Positions 61,014 through 64,000 of a stretch of 64,000 bases of DNA are shown one piece after another. Below the pieces are notes generated by a model. That model saw only the letters and a program-made list of their open reading frames with translations. It did no database searches and was not told where the DNA came from. The stretch is from Podarcis filfolensis (lineage: Eukaryota), in the NCBI GenBank assembly GCA_964270895.1, contig OZ185437.1; one strand, given 5' to 3'. Position 1 is the first letter of the stretch. Every line of letters begins with the position of its first letter. A program made the position numbers and the translations under genes.

Positions 61014-62084
61014 CAGAAGGAGGTGGTTTGAGCATATGTTGAGCCTAGGAATTTGTTTTCAGTACCAGAACTGGACTTCCCACACAACTCCTTTAAAAGG
61101 AAAATCTACTCTTGCTTTTTCAAGCATCCTTGATATCAGTGTCTTAATTTGTAAGGAAAAGGAGGGCTTTTGGTCATTGTTGTTAAGCCATTAAGAGCAA
61201 GAACGTCTTGCTAGTCTACAATCAACCAGATTTCATCTGTCTTCTGCTGCTCCTGCCCTACGGTTTTAAAACTGTGTAAGATTTCCATCAGAAAGAATCT
61301 GATATGTCATTCTCATGCTGTCTGGAATTCAGCAATTCCTCTTCCAGTTCCTGCGTACATGTCATTTCCACAAGTTGGATTTAACTCTGTCATTTGTAAA
61401 TATTTATATCTCTTTTGAAAGAATACATGGGCAGAGTTGCATTTTTCCCTGATTACTTAATGTGCCTTTTACATGTATATATTTGTGCTAGGTTTCACAT
61501 CTTGTATTTTTTACATGAAGAACTTGAACAGACATAGTTCTATGAACAAAGCTATGTGACAACTCAACAGCTAATGCATGAAGAAGAAAAATTAAGGACA
61601 CAAGGTTTAAAGGGGCTTTTCAATTTACTTAAAGAAGACATGTCCAAGATTATAATCTCACAGATCTTTGAACATGCCTTCAAGTGTGCAGTTCTTTTGT
61701 CTAATTGCACATAATTCTATATGTTGAACAGTTGTGTTTAATCCTGGTCATGTCTGTGCTCTGAAGCGGGTGTAAATTCCTCTGCAGGAAAGCAGCCAGG
61801 TGCAGTTGGGCTGAAGGAGACAACATTCAGAAGATCTGTGCTAAAATTTCCGGGTGTTTTCTTTAAAAAAACAAAACAAAAACCAGCTGCAGGGCCATGG
61901 TGCTCAAGGCAGGAAAGTATGGTCAATGCCATTTTGTTGCAAAGGAATCCCTCCCTCATCCCACAATGCAAATTGTAAGCACGAGCAATTGCAGGCATTG
62001 ATAGCTTTATCCAGATGGTGATTGCAGATGAGGACAAAAGACCTGACTTTAAGAAACCTGACTGGTCAGAAGGTGCATGGCTGA

Positions 62085-62725
62085 GGGACTATAGGAGACA
62101 GAGTCAGAACTTGGGAACATTTTATATGTGGTCGACTTGTAAAAGGGTGGAAGAGTATTGGGAAATGATCCATAATGAATTGGAAGAAAATGTTTAAAAG
62201 TACTTCCCCCCCCCCCAAAACCAGAGTCCTTTCTGTTGGGGATAATACAGACTGAAATTCCCAGGTGTCAAAAAAAAAGAGGGAGTGGTTGTATGTTACT
62301 ACTGCGGCCCTTGTTTTGTTAGCCCCAAAATGGAAAGTGAGTGAGGTCCCAACCAAAGAAGAATGGCAACTTAAGTTGACAGAATATGCACAATTTGCAG
62401 ACTTAACATATAGAATAAGAGAGCAAGAAGAACATACGTTTAAAGAAGATTGGAAAATGTTTATTGAATACATGTGAAATAATTGTGTACAGCTGAAAAC
62501 GCTGGCAGCATTAAGATAAATTCAACAGTGTACATTAAATAAGTTTTGATGGATGCAGTAATGGAGTACTGAATGGTATAGTTTTTGTAAAATATGCAGG
62601 GATTTATGATATGTAAAATGAACCATGGAAAGAGAAGAAGGGAAGTCATTGATATCCTAAGGATGTACAATGAGTATTTGAAATTGTAAAACAGAAAATT
62701 TAATAAAATATTATATATATAAAAA
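62085..62725 (+). mobile_element. Degenerate LINE-1 3' fragment
   Basis: GTFYMWSTCKRVEEYWEMIHNEL and YVTTAALVLLAPKWKVSEVPTKEEWQLKL, homologous to the L1 at 22489; ends aatttaataaaatattatatatataaaa. Confidence 0.88.
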
Positions 62726-62754
62726 CAGAACTTGGGAAACTTTTTGAGGGAGCA

Positions 62755-62895
62755 CTTAAGGGTTCAGGAGCCAAGCCTTGAGGTCATCAACTGTGGCATT
62801 TCTCTGAGTGTTTCCATCCACTGAGATATGAGATTTCTGCTGTGAACTGCCCTGGCATCTTTGGATGAAAGGCAGTACACAAATTTAATAAATAA
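62755..62895 (+). mobile_element. L2 3' tail fragment
   Basis: ctgctgtgaactgccctggcatctttggatgaaaggcagtacacaaatttaataaataataataat. Confidence 0.6.
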
Positions 62896-64000
62896 TAATA
62901 ATATGGTCAGTTGATTATTGCCACAAATTTTAAAGTGCTCTGAAATTAAAGTGATCTGTTTTGATTTTGCTGTTATTTTGGACAATCTTATTAAGTTTTG
63001 AAATGAATTGGAATCAGTTTATTGTAATGATGAATTGGCATGTATTCTTGCTGTTGTATTGCAAGTGCCTCACCCCTTTGGGTGCAGGATGGTGGAGCCC
63101 CCTCTAAGACCCTAATGTGGGAATCCTGGGTTCAGCTTCCTCTATGGATAAGTGGCATGGGCATGATCCTGTGCCACCTATCAGGAGCAGGATGCTAGAC
63201 TGCACCCAGAATTGGCAAATGGGGCTACAGGCTTGGACATGGGCTGGGTTGGGGGGTGGAGCCAATGGATTAGGAAGGCTTTTCTTGTGTCCACACCCTG
63301 GCCATTTAAATTGCCCACTCCTGGAGCACATTTATGCAGAAAAGCCATGTTCACATTGAAATCATCACCATCTGCCTTGACATAATACCTCATTCATCAT
63401 TGCCTCCTATCTTCACCTCTGTTTCAGATTGTTCATTTGTGAGGACAGTTTTAATATCCAGGAAGGATCTGAATACTGACGTTAATGATGAAGCAGCAGC
63501 AGCAACGTGGTACCAAAGTCTAAAAGGCAATAGGTACTGTACCAAAGTCTAGGAACCAAAGTCTTGCCCAAACACAGGCATTCTAATGGTTGGTTTGCTA
63601 TCACTATAAATGCATATAAAATAACACATTGTTCTACCAATTATCACTGGCTTCTAAATGGTTGAAACTCTCTAATGCTTGTAGGATGTTTGTGATTGTG
63701 AAACTCCCCAGGGACTTGCTCTTGGTAAATGAATTGCAGGCTATCTAATCTAGCCGGGCTCTTTGACTATCTGTCCAATCTTTCTGAATTCTTAACCTCA
63801 TGCTTCCTCCTTCCTCCTACTAGATGTCCATTGGGACAGATATTGGATACTTGGGATGAAACATTTTCATCCCAGTGCCTAGCCTCTTGTCAGCATGTAC
63901 AACATAGGACCCTGTTTAGTTGTTTGCTTTAGCTGCATTCTCCTGCCTCTTCGCTTGTTCACAAGAAGGCGGGTGGGGACTTCCTCCCTCAAAGAAATTG

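Noticed and set aside
1-64000. CRISPR arrays, rRNA genes, operon-like systems
   Set aside because: This is eukaryotic DNA; there are no regularly spaced direct repeats and no rRNA-like sequence.

Overview
Vertebrate genomic DNA, most likely a squamate (lacertid-like) lizard judging from Sauria/Squam1-, Squam2- and Squam3-type SINEs and BovB, CR1, L2, L1 and RTE-X remnants. The window holds the 3' end of EYA4 on the + strand: a 101-bp penultimate coding exon at 288-388 (the [19 protein letters not shown] variant) and the terminal coding exon at 2841-2921, followed by a probably long 3'UTR with a likely distal poly(A) signal at 8246. A 156-base N gap lies in the last intron. The remaining ~55 kb is repeat-rich intergenic sequence; by known synteny it is the EYA4-TCF21 interval, where mammals have the antisense lncRNA TARID (not verifiable here). 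The clearest TE structures are a young L1 nested in a Sauria SINE with a 17-bp TSD, an RTE-X in the last EYA4 intron, and an internally deleted CR1 with an in-frame ORF1-RT fusion. There are also several hAT and Tigger-like MITEs with TSDs, and different tRNA heads fused to one CR1 tail. The most interesting but unproven signal is a series of non-repeat, partly CpG-retaining segments with tiled or read-through minus-strand ORFs, good splice signals and weak RGS-like motifs. These may be remains (or exons) of a multi-exon gene convergent with EYA4. No CRISPR array, rRNA or genuine tRNA gene was found.
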